Shown piece by piece: positions 1 through 6,598 of a DNA stretch of 46,634 bases. The notes beneath the pieces are model-generated. The model was given only the letters and a program-made list of their open reading frames with translations, was not told the origin of the DNA and made no database searches. Where the stretch lies: positions 1 to 46,634 of the forward strand of contig JAFXUM010000220.1 of NCBI GenBank assembly GCA_017524965.1. Direction: 5' to 3'. The stretch is from Lentisphaeria bacterium (GTDB taxonomy: Bacteria; Verrucomicrobiota; Lentisphaeria; Victivallales; UBA1829). The translations under genes and the position numbers were made by a program. The stretch's first letter is position 1. Each line of letters starts with the position of its first letter.

Positions 1-1
1 C

Positions 2-193
2 ATCGTCCTCACGAAGGACAAACAGCCGAGCGAAGAGCTGAAGAAGGAGATTCAGGACTACGTGAAGAAGAACACCGCGCCGTACAAATATCCGCGCAAG
101 ATCGACTTCCTCACCGAACTCCCGAAGACCGTCAGCGGCAAAATCCGCCGTTCCGCCCTCCGCCAGCTCGGCGACCAGCCCGTGCAGAAGTAA
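2..193 (+). CDS. 3' end of an AMP-forming acyl-/acetyl-CoA synthetase (adenylate-forming ANL ligase); the 5' part is outside the window
   Basis: Frame 2 is open from the window edge to TAA 191-193. It reads ...[41 protein letters not shown]..., the conserved C-terminal block of adenylate-forming ligases. A hairpin terminator follows. It is absent from the ORF track because there is no start in the window. Confidence 0.8.
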   Translation: MVLTKDKQPSEELKKEIQDYVKKNTAPYKYPRKIDFLTELPKTVSGKIRRSALRQLGDQPVQK

Positions 194-224
194 ATTCGAG
201 CTTCCGCAAGCTCAAATCCCAGAT

Positions 225-267
225 AATACGAAAGCCTGCCCCGCGACGAACGGGACAGGCTTTTTCC
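225..267. repeat. Left copy of a perfect 43-bp direct repeat (aatacgaaagcctgccccgcgacgaacgggacaggctttttcc)
   Basis: Base-by-base comparison shows it is identical to 2814-2856 (offset 2589 bp). The repeat contains a complete terminator hairpin. Confidence 0.95.
231..265 (+). terminator. Rho-independent terminator downstream of the acyl-CoA synthetase gene
   Basis: Stem aaagcctg(c)ccc / ggg(a)caggcttt with a 9-nt loop gcgacgaac, followed by a T5 run, 38 nt after the stop codon. Confidence 0.75.
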
Positions 268-535
268 TTGTCGACGTTTCCTGCTCAAGAATAAAAAAAA
301 CGAAAAAAATGAAAAGAGGTGTTAGATTTTGATTCAAAGCTCCGGTATATACTATATGGACAACTTGTGATGCATGCCGCATCACATGCTTTTCAAAAAT
401 AACACTGGGCTTCCAATCAATCCAAATCGGGACACGGAATCATGACAGGAACTTTTTTTCAGAACACGGGAGTCTCGTCTTCGGCGTTGCCGTGTCTGCT
501 TGTCGGCACCGTTCCGTCCGTTCCTGATCTGAAAA

Positions 536-559
536 GCAAGCAGGCAAGCAAGCAAGCAA
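536..559. repeat. Tetranucleotide microsatellite (GCAA)6 with one GCAG variant
   Basis: Reads gcaa gcag gcaa gcaa gcaa gcaa directly from the sequence. It lies in the non-coding leader of the AT-rich cassette. Confidence 0.9.
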
Positions 560-582
560 GACTTTATTATTTAATAAAGTCT
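559..582. other. Perfect AT-rich hairpin/palindrome (10-bp arms, 4-nt loop)
   Basis: agactttatt-attt-aataaagtct. The arms are exact reverse complements, and the element directly abuts the GCAA microsatellite. Confidence 0.85.
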
Positions 583-646
583 CACTTCAACCGGACAAAA
601 CGCTTCCGGCTTCCTTTTCTTCCCCATTTTCGATTCATACCCGCTT

Positions 647-678
647 CCGCATCTGTCCTGATGCGGCGGCGGCTTTTT
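647..678 (+). terminator. Terminator-like hairpin inside the cassette leader
   Basis: Stem ccgcatc / gatgcgg (7 bp, 6-nt loop), followed by cggcggcTTTTTg. The T-run is offset 7 nt from the stem, so this is only moderately convincing. Confidence 0.35.
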
Positions 679-787
679 GTTGTCCTTCTCTGCTTTTTGC
701 GATCCGATTCCGCAAACAGATACCTAACCTCAGTTCCATGCCATTTGGAACTGTCAACACACAATTTCCAACATAAGGAGAAAAGCA

Positions 788-970
788 ATGGCAATCAAGA
801 ATGGCAATACGGGCGGACGTGGCTCGAATTCAAACGCCCTGGGCGATGCAGCCGAGGAATGCCTCAAAAAGATGTTCAGCAAAGACCCGAAACAGAGGAA
901 ACAAGGTTATATCGGGTGTTTAATCATCATTATTGTTCTTGGAATCATCATGTATATGATCTCACACTGA
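788..970 (+). CDS. Small tail-anchored membrane protein (60 aa), unknown function
   Basis: ATG preceded by the strong SD aaggaga at 776-782. The N-terminal ~40 aa are hydrophilic and Gly/Asn-rich. The C-terminus YIGCLIIIIVLGIIMYMI is a single hydrophobic helix. A hairpin lies at 993-1013 downstream. Confidence 0.55.
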   Translation: MAIKNGNTGGRGSNSNALGDAAEECLKKMFSKDPKQRKQGYIGCLIIIIVLGIIMYMISH

Positions 971-1100
971 TCGACCTTTTTTCATTAGTTTTTACAGGAA
1001 ACTCGTTCCTGTAGAAATAAAACCGCCGCAGTCAATAAAACAAAAACTGCGGCAGACAACAAAACAACAGGGGAATGATTCCCCGGAAAGGATTGACACT

Positions 1101-1256
1101 ATGTCAATACAAAAATGCCCGAACTGTGGACACAACCAACCCTCTGGCGTCAGGAAATGCAATGTCTGTGGATTTATGTGTTGCAACAATTGTGTTGGCG
1201 GCGTTATTAATTGCCCGAAATGCGGGTCTTATCAATCTCTAAAGAGAATGGATTAA
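1101..1256 (+). CDS. 51-aa double zinc-ribbon mini-protein (four CxxC pairs)
   Basis: My own translation is MSIQKCPNCGHNQPSGVRKCNVCGFMCCNNCVGGVINCPKCGSYQSLKRMD, with TAA at 1254-1256. The Cys pairs are CPNC, CNVC, CNNC and CPKC. A weak SD ggaaagga lies at 1085-1092. It is shorter than the ORF-track cutoff and so is not listed there. Confidence 0.5.
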   Translation: MSIQKCPNCGHNQPSGVRKCNVCGFMCCNNCVGGVINCPKCGSYQSLKRMD

Positions 1257-1374
1257 GTCATCCGCATCGGAGCCGCTGGTCTTTTCCGTCCGGCGGTTCC
1301 GGCTTCCAAAAACACACTGAAAACAACAAAGCGCAAAACACCCCATTCAAAGAAAGAATGAATGAACATGTCTT

Positions 1375-2271
1375 ATGGCATTCTCTCCGAAATCTTCGTC
1401 TGCTATACCAAAATTTCCCGATCTGAATACGCCAAAGCAATTAGAAACGTTTTTGAATCTAAAAGGGAAAGGGCATAGGGCATTTTACCATTATACAAAC
1501 AGAGGCGCGCTGAAAGGGATGATCTCCAGTCAGAAGCTGTATCTTTCACGTGCCGACACGCTGAACGATTCTCTGGAGGGAAACGGCTCAAAAACGGAAA
1601 AAACAAAAAACGTCTACATCGCCAGCTTTGCTTTTCGCGAACCGGAAAGCATTGCAATGTGGTCTATGTACGCTTTTCCATATCAGGAGGGCGTCCGTCT
1701 GAAGCTTTCAGGTGCCGCAATGAATCAGGTCGTCCGTCAATTCAACCAATCCCCTATAATCTATTCTACGGAAAACGGTATGGAGATTCCGGGATGCGGT
1801 AAAGCCGAATTGTCGATTATGGACGTTGTTTACGCTCACAGAGGATATTTTGCTTATAATGATGATAAAAATATAAATGATATGTTTTTTGACAAGGTGA
1901 AAAAAAGTCTATCAAACAATACGCTTCTCAGATGGTGTATCAAACACGACATCTGGATTGCAGAACGTGAAGTCCGCTTGATCTTGACAATAAAACGAAA
2001 AAATGCAATTCCTAACAAAAAAGTTGCCATTGATTTTTCCGACGCATTGAAGTCGTTTGAGATAATGTACGGTCCCTGTGTGAGTGAGATGGAGGTTGAG
2101 CCTGTCGTGAAAGGAAATGCCTCGGTCCGCATAAGCGATTATTGGAACAAGACGTATTTCAGATCCTGTCCGGGGTGTGAGAACCGGACGGAAATCTGCC
2201 GGGAACGAAATAATCTCATATGCCAGGCAAGTAATTCCGGCGTGAAATCCATCACGATTATGATATCCTAA
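1375..2271 (+). CDS. DUF2971-like protein (298 aa), unknown function
   Basis: The N-terminal block FYHYTNRGALKGMISSQKLYLSRADTLNDSLEG...ASFAFREPESIAMWSMYA matches my recollection of the DUF2971 signature (YHYT...L.LS....NDP.E ... SF...MW..Y). The C-terminus is Cys-rich (CPGCENRTEICRERNNLIC). The gene is AT-rich. Confidence 0.7.
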   Translation: MAFSPKSSSAIPKFPDLNTPKQLETFLNLKGKGHRAFYHYTNRGALKGMISSQKLYLSRADTLNDSLEGNGSKTEKTKNVYIASFAFREPESIAMWSMYAFPYQEGVRLKLSGAAMNQVVRQFNQSPIIYSTENGMEIPGCGKAELSIMDVVYAHRGYFAYNDDKNINDMFFDKVKKSLSNNTLLRWCIKHDIWIAEREVRLILTIKRKNAIPNKKVAIDFSDALKSFEIMYGPCVSEMEVEPVVKGNASVRISDYWNKTYFRSCPGCENRTEICRERNNLICQASNSGVKSITIMIS

Positions 2272-2289
2272 TTCTCCAGGAGAAAACCT

Positions 2290-2790
2290 ATGGGACAAGT
2301 CCTCAAAGTCTACGACAACGGCAATTGCAACGGGATTCCGTACGCGACAATGGAAATTGATGGAACCATGTGCAAATTCTATCCGAACGGAAACTGCAAC
2401 GGCATCCACATCTGGTCGATGAGAAAGACCGGAAGATACTGCGAAGTCTACAGCCAGCCGGGACTGAACGGCATCCCGTACAACTATTTCGAATACTCGG
2501 ACAACGGCGTGGAGTTCTACCCGAACGGCAATGGAAACGGGATCCCCGTTTACTATTTCAGTTTCCGCAGGGACAATGCCGTGGAGTTCTACCCGAACGG
2601 AAACGGCAACGGAATCCCCGAACAGTATTTTGAAAAGCGGGGTCGGATGGTCGTGTATTACCCGAACGGGAACGGAAACGGAATCCCGACCTGCGCCATC
2701 GACGGCGCGAACGACATCCGGGACGTCATCGAACTGGTATTCTACCTTTTCATCCCACAGGGGCGCGAACGGCGAGGTCTTTGGAATTGA
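2290..2790 (+). CDS. Repeat protein (166 aa) with six ~23-aa '[FVY]YPNGNGNGIP' repeats; distantly MORN/YwqK-like at best
   Basis: SD aggag at 2276-2280; the gene starts 18 nt after the DUF2971 stop. Repeats begin at codons encoding VYDNGNCNGIP, FYPNGNCNGIH, VYSQPGLNGIP, FYPNGNGNGIP (twice) and YYPNGNGNGIP. Confidence 0.75.
   Translation: MGQVLKVYDNGNCNGIPYATMEIDGTMCKFYPNGNCNGIHIWSMRKTGRYCEVYSQPGLNGIPYNYFEYSDNGVEFYPNGNGNGIPVYYFSFRRDNAVEFYPNGNGNGIPEQYFEKRGRMVVYYPNGNGNGIPTCAIDGANDIRDVIELVFYLFIPQGRERRGLWN
2308..2724 (+). repeat. Coding tandem repeat, six units with period 69/72 nt
   Basis: Unit starts at 2308, 2377, 2446, 2515, 2587 and 2656. The conserved core is ttctacccgaacggNaaNggNaacggNatccc, with differences mostly at third codon positions. 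Confidence 0.9.
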
Positions 2791-2813
2791 ACTTTGCCTT
2801 GCATCTTTGCAGA

Positions 2814-2856
2814 AATACGAAAGCCTGCCCCGCGACGAACGGGACAGGCTTTTTCC
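2814..2856. repeat. Right copy of the perfect 43-bp direct repeat
   Basis: Identical to 225-267. Confidence 0.95.
2820..2854. terminator. Terminator hairpin (duplicate of 231-265) between convergent genes
   Basis: Same hairpin plus T-run as 231-265. It lies 30 nt after the repeat-protein stop and 53 nt beyond the stop of the convergent 2907-3875 gene. Confidence 0.7.
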
Positions 2857-2906
2857 GCAGTTTGATTTGTTTGTTTATATGGTATATCTAATGACCTGAA
2901 AAAGGA

Positions 2907-3875
2907 TTATTTAGAGTTAACATTCAAATCATTTTGATTCTTGTTGATATATAATTTTACAAACAAAAGACCGTTTTTGTATTTCGTATTGTCAGAAGCA
3001 TCTATCTCTGAAATTAGCCCTTTTCCATAATGATTGCCGCACTTAATATAAAAGAAACACTGTATCTTCATCCCTTCTTTGTACGAAAATATGAGCTCCT
3101 TTGTGGCATATTTGCCTTCCGGCGCCTGGGTGAGCCAGGTTATATCCATCTTGTCCGGCCCCGTTGTGTCCGCCGGAATGAACCCATCGTCAGGATCGGA
3201 GGAAACGAAACGCAAGCAGAAGGTTTTGGGAAGAAGCTTCTTATATTTTCCGTGTTCTTGCAATATGATTTCTCCCTGGTTGTCACGCTCGAAATCAAGA
3301 CGAAGATATTTTTTAAGTGGAATTGCTTCTCCCAACTTCAGTTCCTTTCTATTCAGCTTTCCATCTGCAATTTCAGAAAGGTCGAAAACTGTCAGGAGCT
3401 GCCGCTCTTCATCATATTCAAGATGGGCGTGCCCTTTCACTAATGCAGCCAAAGTCCCGATTTCCCTCAGCTTGATATGGCAGTTTTCCTGAATCGCCGA
3501 CAGTGGACTATTTGCTTCTTTAGATGTGTAAAACGTTATATGTTCTATGCGATAGCCGGGTTTATAAAACGATATGGAAACACTCGTGTAGCGGCTTTTC
3601 TTTATCGTAAAACTGCCGTTTATTGTTCTAGTTTCCCTTATATGTTCAGAATCGAGACCAAAATCTTTGGGACGGTTGAATTCAAGTCTTAATGTAACAT
3701 CTTCCAGTTCCCGGTTGTTCATGTCCGTCACTTTTCCAACGAGATGAATCCTGGTATCTATTATTTCTTCATTAAACATTATTTCCATCATGATGAGAAG
3801 AAAAATCCCGGCTCCCAAAATGATGATAATAACGAGACCCTTAATTAGATTTTTACGATCGTTTGAATCTGTCAT
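2907..3875 (-). CDS. Membrane-anchored protein (322 aa), unknown function; possibly a carboxypeptidase-regulatory-like beta-sandwich after the TM anchor
   Basis: ATG with SD ggagg (reverse complement of 3881-3885). N-terminal TM helix LVIIIILGAGIFLLIMMEIMF. The following HLVGKVTDMNNRELEDVTLRLEF resembles CarboxypepD_reg-type domains (weak). The gene is very AT-rich. Confidence 0.7.
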   Translation of the reverse strand: MTDSNDRKNLIKGLVIIIILGAGIFLLIMMEIMFNEEIIDTRIHLVGKVTDMNNRELEDVTLRLEFNRPKDFGLDSEHIRETRTINGSFTIKKSRYTSVSISFYKPGYRIEHITFYTSKEANSPLSAIQENCHIKLREIGTLAALVKGHAHLEYDEERQLLTVFDLSEIADGKLNRKELKLGEAIPLKKYLRLDFERDNQGEIILQEHGKYKKLLPKTFCLRFVSSDPDDGFIPADTTGPDKMDITWLTQAPEGKYATKELIFSYKEGMKIQCFFYIKCGNHYGKGLISEIDASDNTKYKNGLLFVKLYINKNQNDLNVNSK

Positions 3876-3949
3876 TTTGGTCCTCCAGGATTGCGATTAT
3901 CAATCTGTAATGTATGATGAATCCAAAGAAAACACTGTCCAATGGACGA

Positions 3950-4903
3950 TTACTCCATATTTCCCGGTTTGTCCTCGCACTCGCCGCGGCAGCCGAAGGG
4001 GATATGCACGGAGGGGGTGAACTCCTTTGCGGCTTCGAGGTGGGGGGACCACTGGTCGTCAAAGTAGATGTGGGGGCGGAGCTGCTTCAGGATGCGGCTT
4101 TTGTTCATGCCGCCGAGCGTGAAGGTCTGGTCGACGGTGATGTTCCATTCGCGGAGCGTGGTGGCGAGCCGCCATTGCGCCGGGCCGTTTCGCGCGGTGA
4201 CGATGGCGGTGCGGAGGAACCTGTGGTACTTCGGGTCGGCGCTGCGGCGGTCCTCCTCCATGGTGTGCAGGCGGCCGAGCTTGGCGAAGAGGTCGGCGAG
4301 GGGGCCGGGCCCGAGCGGGACGCGCGCCTGGTTGGACTCGGATTTCCAGAACTTGTCGATGCCGCCGTCCTGGAAGACCTGTTCCGCGCTGTCGTCGGCG
4401 AGCACGCCGTCGAAGTCGAACGCCACGCGGAGCTCGTCGTCGCTTTCGTCGTCGTTGAGCTTGCTGTCCAGCACGTAGCCCGCGGCGAACCCTCGGCGGA
4501 TCGCCTCGCGCACGTCGGATTCGTTGCCGGAGAGGAAGAGCGAGACGTTGTAGGCGTCGATGTAGTCGACGGGGTGTCCGTCTGTGAGGAACGCCGAGCG
4601 CGTGATGTCGAGTCCGTAATGGTCGATGCAGCGGAGCACGCGGTTTCCGGTGTCGGGGTCGTTGTGGCTGAGGAGAACGACCTCGACGGGCTTGGTCTCG
4701 GGGAAGAGGTCGTTGAACTTGAGGAAGCGGCGGATGAACGGGAACGCGATGCCGGGCTCGAGGATGCAGTCCTCGTGGTCGCGCTGGTACTGGCGGTAGG
4801 CGGAAAGGCCCTTGCTGCGGTAGATCTCGTCGGCGACGTCCAGGCGGAAGAGCGCGCTGGACGCGACCGCGATCACGAGCTTGTCTTCGATGGGGAACGC
4901 CAT
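3950..4903 (-). CDS. 5'-nucleotidase (PF06189-type cytosolic 5'-nucleotidase family)
   Basis: 317 aa. KLVIAVASSALF..., VEVVLLSHNDPDTGNRV..., LRVAFDFDGVLADDSAE..., RTAIVTARNGPA... and PHIYFDDQ are the blocks I recall for this family. It starts 3 nt after the nnr stop. Confidence 0.85.
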   Translation of the reverse strand: MAFPIEDKLVIAVASSALFRLDVADEIYRSKGLSAYRQYQRDHEDCILEPGIAFPFIRRFLKFNDLFPETKPVEVVLLSHNDPDTGNRVLRCIDHYGLDITRSAFLTDGHPVDYIDAYNVSLFLSGNESDVREAIRRGFAAGYVLDSKLNDDESDDELRVAFDFDGVLADDSAEQVFQDGGIDKFWKSESNQARVPLGPGPLADLFAKLGRLHTMEEDRRSADPKYHRFLRTAIVTARNGPAQWRLATTLREWNITVDQTFTLGGMNKSRILKQLRPHIYFDDQWSPHLEAAKEFTPSVHIPFGCRGECEDKPGNME

Positions 4904-4906
4904 GGG

Positions 4907-6436
4907 TCAGATGCCTCCTTTGCGGATGTAGTCGAACGCGCCGGGGATGCGCGTCAGCAGGTCGTCGGCGATGACGCCGCGTCCGGCGAACGGTGCGTCC
5001 AGCTCGCCGAGCATGCCGTGCACGAAGACGCCGTTTTTCGCCGCCGTGAAGAGGGAATTCGAGGCGGGCGCGAGCGCGGCGACGATGCCGGAGAGGATGT
5101 CGCCGCTGCCGGCGGTCGCGAGCACGGGCGATCCGCTCAGATTGAGCGAGTAGAGGCCGTTCGGGGACATCACGACGGTGCGGACGCCCTTCAGGACCAC
5201 GTGGAGCGCGGTGAACTTCGCGAGCGCTTCGGCGCGTTCGACGCGGCCGCGTCCGGAGTTCAGGCCGAGCGCCGCCTCCAGGCGCTTCATCTCGCCCTCG
5301 TGCGGCGTAATGACCGTGGCGGTGCCGAGTTCATGCAGGAGGTCGGGATGCTTCGCGATCAGGTTCAGCGCATCGGCGTCGAGGAGCAGCGGACACTGCG
5401 CGGACGCCATGAGTTTCCGCAGGAACGGCACGGTCTCCTCGGCGGTGTTCATGCCCATGCCGGCGGCGACCGATGAGACGTTCGGCGGCAGGTCCAGCGC
5501 CCCGGCGGACTTCGCCGAAAAAACGCCGTTTCCGTCGTCGGGGAGACGCTTCACGATGAGCGCCTTCGGCGGGGCGCAGACGATCTCCATGGAGGCGGGG
5601 ACGTACACGGTCACGAGCCCGGCGCCCGCCCGGAGCGCGGCCTCGGCGGCCAGGAACGGCGCGGACGGGTAATCGCGGCTGCCGCCGATCACCGCCACAT
5701 GGCCGCGTTTCTGCTTGTAGGTGTCGAACTCGACCGGGTGCAGGCTCAGGGCGCGGCGGACGTCCGCCAGCCCGGTGCACGGCACGATTCGCATGACCGA
5801 AGCGTCCGGCAGGTCGTCCGGCAGGCCGATGTCCACGACGCGGATGCGTCCGCAGAGCTCGGGTCCGCGTCCGGTCAGCATCCCGGTCTTCGGGAACCCG
5901 AACGTGACGGTGACGTCCGCGCGCACGGCCGCGCCGCCGCGCACTTCGCCGTCGTCGGCGTCGAGCCCGGACGGCAGATCGGCGGCGATGACCGGGAGGT
6001 TCAGGTAGTTCACGAGGTTGATCCAGTGGAGCCAGGGTTCCTTCAGCGTGCCGCTGAACCCGGTGCCGAGGAGGGCGTCGATCACGACGGCGCCTTTGAG
6101 GTCGGCGGCGTGGAGCTCCGCGGCGCGTTCGATGCCGTCCGGGAGCTGCGACCAGGCGCGGAGGGCGTCGCCTTTGAACTCCGACGCCGGGCAGGTGTGG
6201 AAGATCTTCACGCGGCATCCGCGCTCGAACAGCGCTTTCGCGGCGACGAAGCCGTCGCCCGCGTTGTTGCCCTTGCCCGCGAGGACCGCGAAGAACGCGC
6301 CGCAGTCGCGGAACGCCTCGGCTTCCATGGCGAGCGCTTCGCCGGCTATGGTCATCATGACCCACGAATCGACAAGCCCCTGCTGGATCGCTGCGGCTTC
6401 GACGGAACGCATGTGTGTACCGGAAATGGCTTTCAT
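4907..6436 (-). CDS. nnr: Bifunctional NAD(P)H-hydrate repair enzyme (epimerase plus ADP-dependent dehydratase)
   Basis: 509 aa. The N-terminal YjeF_N motif is GKGNNAGDGFVAAKAL. The C-terminal carbohydrate-kinase part includes GSGDILSGIVAAL. SD aggagg precedes the ATG. Confidence 0.92.
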   Translation of the reverse strand: MKAISGTHMRSVEAAAIQQGLVDSWVMMTIAGEALAMEAEAFRDCGAFFAVLAGKGNNAGDGFVAAKALFERGCRVKIFHTCPASEFKGDALRAWSQLPDGIERAAELHAADLKGAVVIDALLGTGFSGTLKEPWLHWINLVNYLNLPVIAADLPSGLDADDGEVRGGAAVRADVTVTFGFPKTGMLTGRGPELCGRIRVVDIGLPDDLPDASVMRIVPCTGLADVRRALSLHPVEFDTYKQKRGHVAVIGGSRDYPSAPFLAAEAALRAGAGLVTVYVPASMEIVCAPPKALIVKRLPDDGNGVFSAKSAGALDLPPNVSSVAAGMGMNTAEETVPFLRKLMASAQCPLLLDADALNLIAKHPDLLHELGTATVITPHEGEMKRLEAALGLNSGRGRVERAEALAKFTALHVVLKGVRTVVMSPNGLYSLNLSGSPVLATAGSGDILSGIVAALAPASNSLFTAAKNGVFVHGMLGELDAPFAGRGVIADDLLTRIPGAFDYIRKGGI

Positions 6437-6598
6437 GGCGCGGCCTCCTGTGCGGCGTCTCCGGCGGAAATCGCCGGGGCGCCCGTATGTTTTTGCGGAA
6501 ATAATCCGTTTTTGATTTGTCTTAATTGGGTTTACGGTGTAAATTTACTACATCTTTTTTCTTTTTCAACATGTATTAAGAGGTTTTCACCCTTTTTT

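Larger units (their letters stand above)
268..3900. other. AT-rich accessory segment, putatively horizontally acquired, embedded in high-GC core DNA
   Basis: Hand count: 2941-3000 has 16/60 G+C versus 37/60 in 4021-4080. The genes inside have no housekeeping homology. The left part is bracketed by the 43-bp direct repeat. No recombinase gene was seen. Confidence 0.6.

Noticed and set aside
58-288. 76-aa minus-strand ORF at the window start
   Set aside because: Antisense to the clearly conserved acyl-CoA synthetase C-terminus, and it runs through the terminator hairpin.
442-1014. 190-aa ORF spanning the cassette leader (it would contain the GCAA repeat as SKQASKQA)
   Set aside because: It has no SD. 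It runs through hairpins and terminator-like elements and overlaps the better-supported 788-970 gene in another frame. The translation has no features of a real protein. The 70-aa antisense ORF 582-794 was rejected for similar reasons.
1211-1440. Two ~60-70-aa ORFs (1211-1426 plus strand, 1258-1440 minus strand) between the zinc-ribbon and DUF2971 genes
   Set aside because: They overlap the zinc-ribbon and DUF2971 coding regions in other frames. They have no SD and no distinctive sequence features.
2308-2724. Possible CRISPR array (conserved ~33-nt cores spaced 69-72 nt apart)
   Set aside because: The period is a multiple of 3 and lies inside an ORF with an SD. The 'repeats' differ mainly at wobble positions and the 'spacers' are also partly conserved at the protein level. 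No cas genes and no leader are present.
225-2856. The 43-bp repeats as integron attC sites or IS inverted repeats
   Set aside because: The two copies are in direct, not inverted, orientation. There is no intI, transposase or R'/R'' core-site pattern that I can recognise. Only two copies are present. I kept it as a generic insertion/duplication finding instead.
3914-5476. 520-aa plus-strand ORF and the 344-aa minus-strand ORF 5331-6365
   Set aside because: Antisense to or frame-shifted relative to the 5'-nucleotidase gene and nnr. No motifs are present.
5699-6598. N-terminal 300 codons of the 865-aa track ORF 5699-8296
   Set aside because: This part is antisense to nnr and hydrophilic nonsense. 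The membrane protein plausibly starts at the ATG at 6599, right after the nnr divergent intergenic region, where hydrophobic helices begin.
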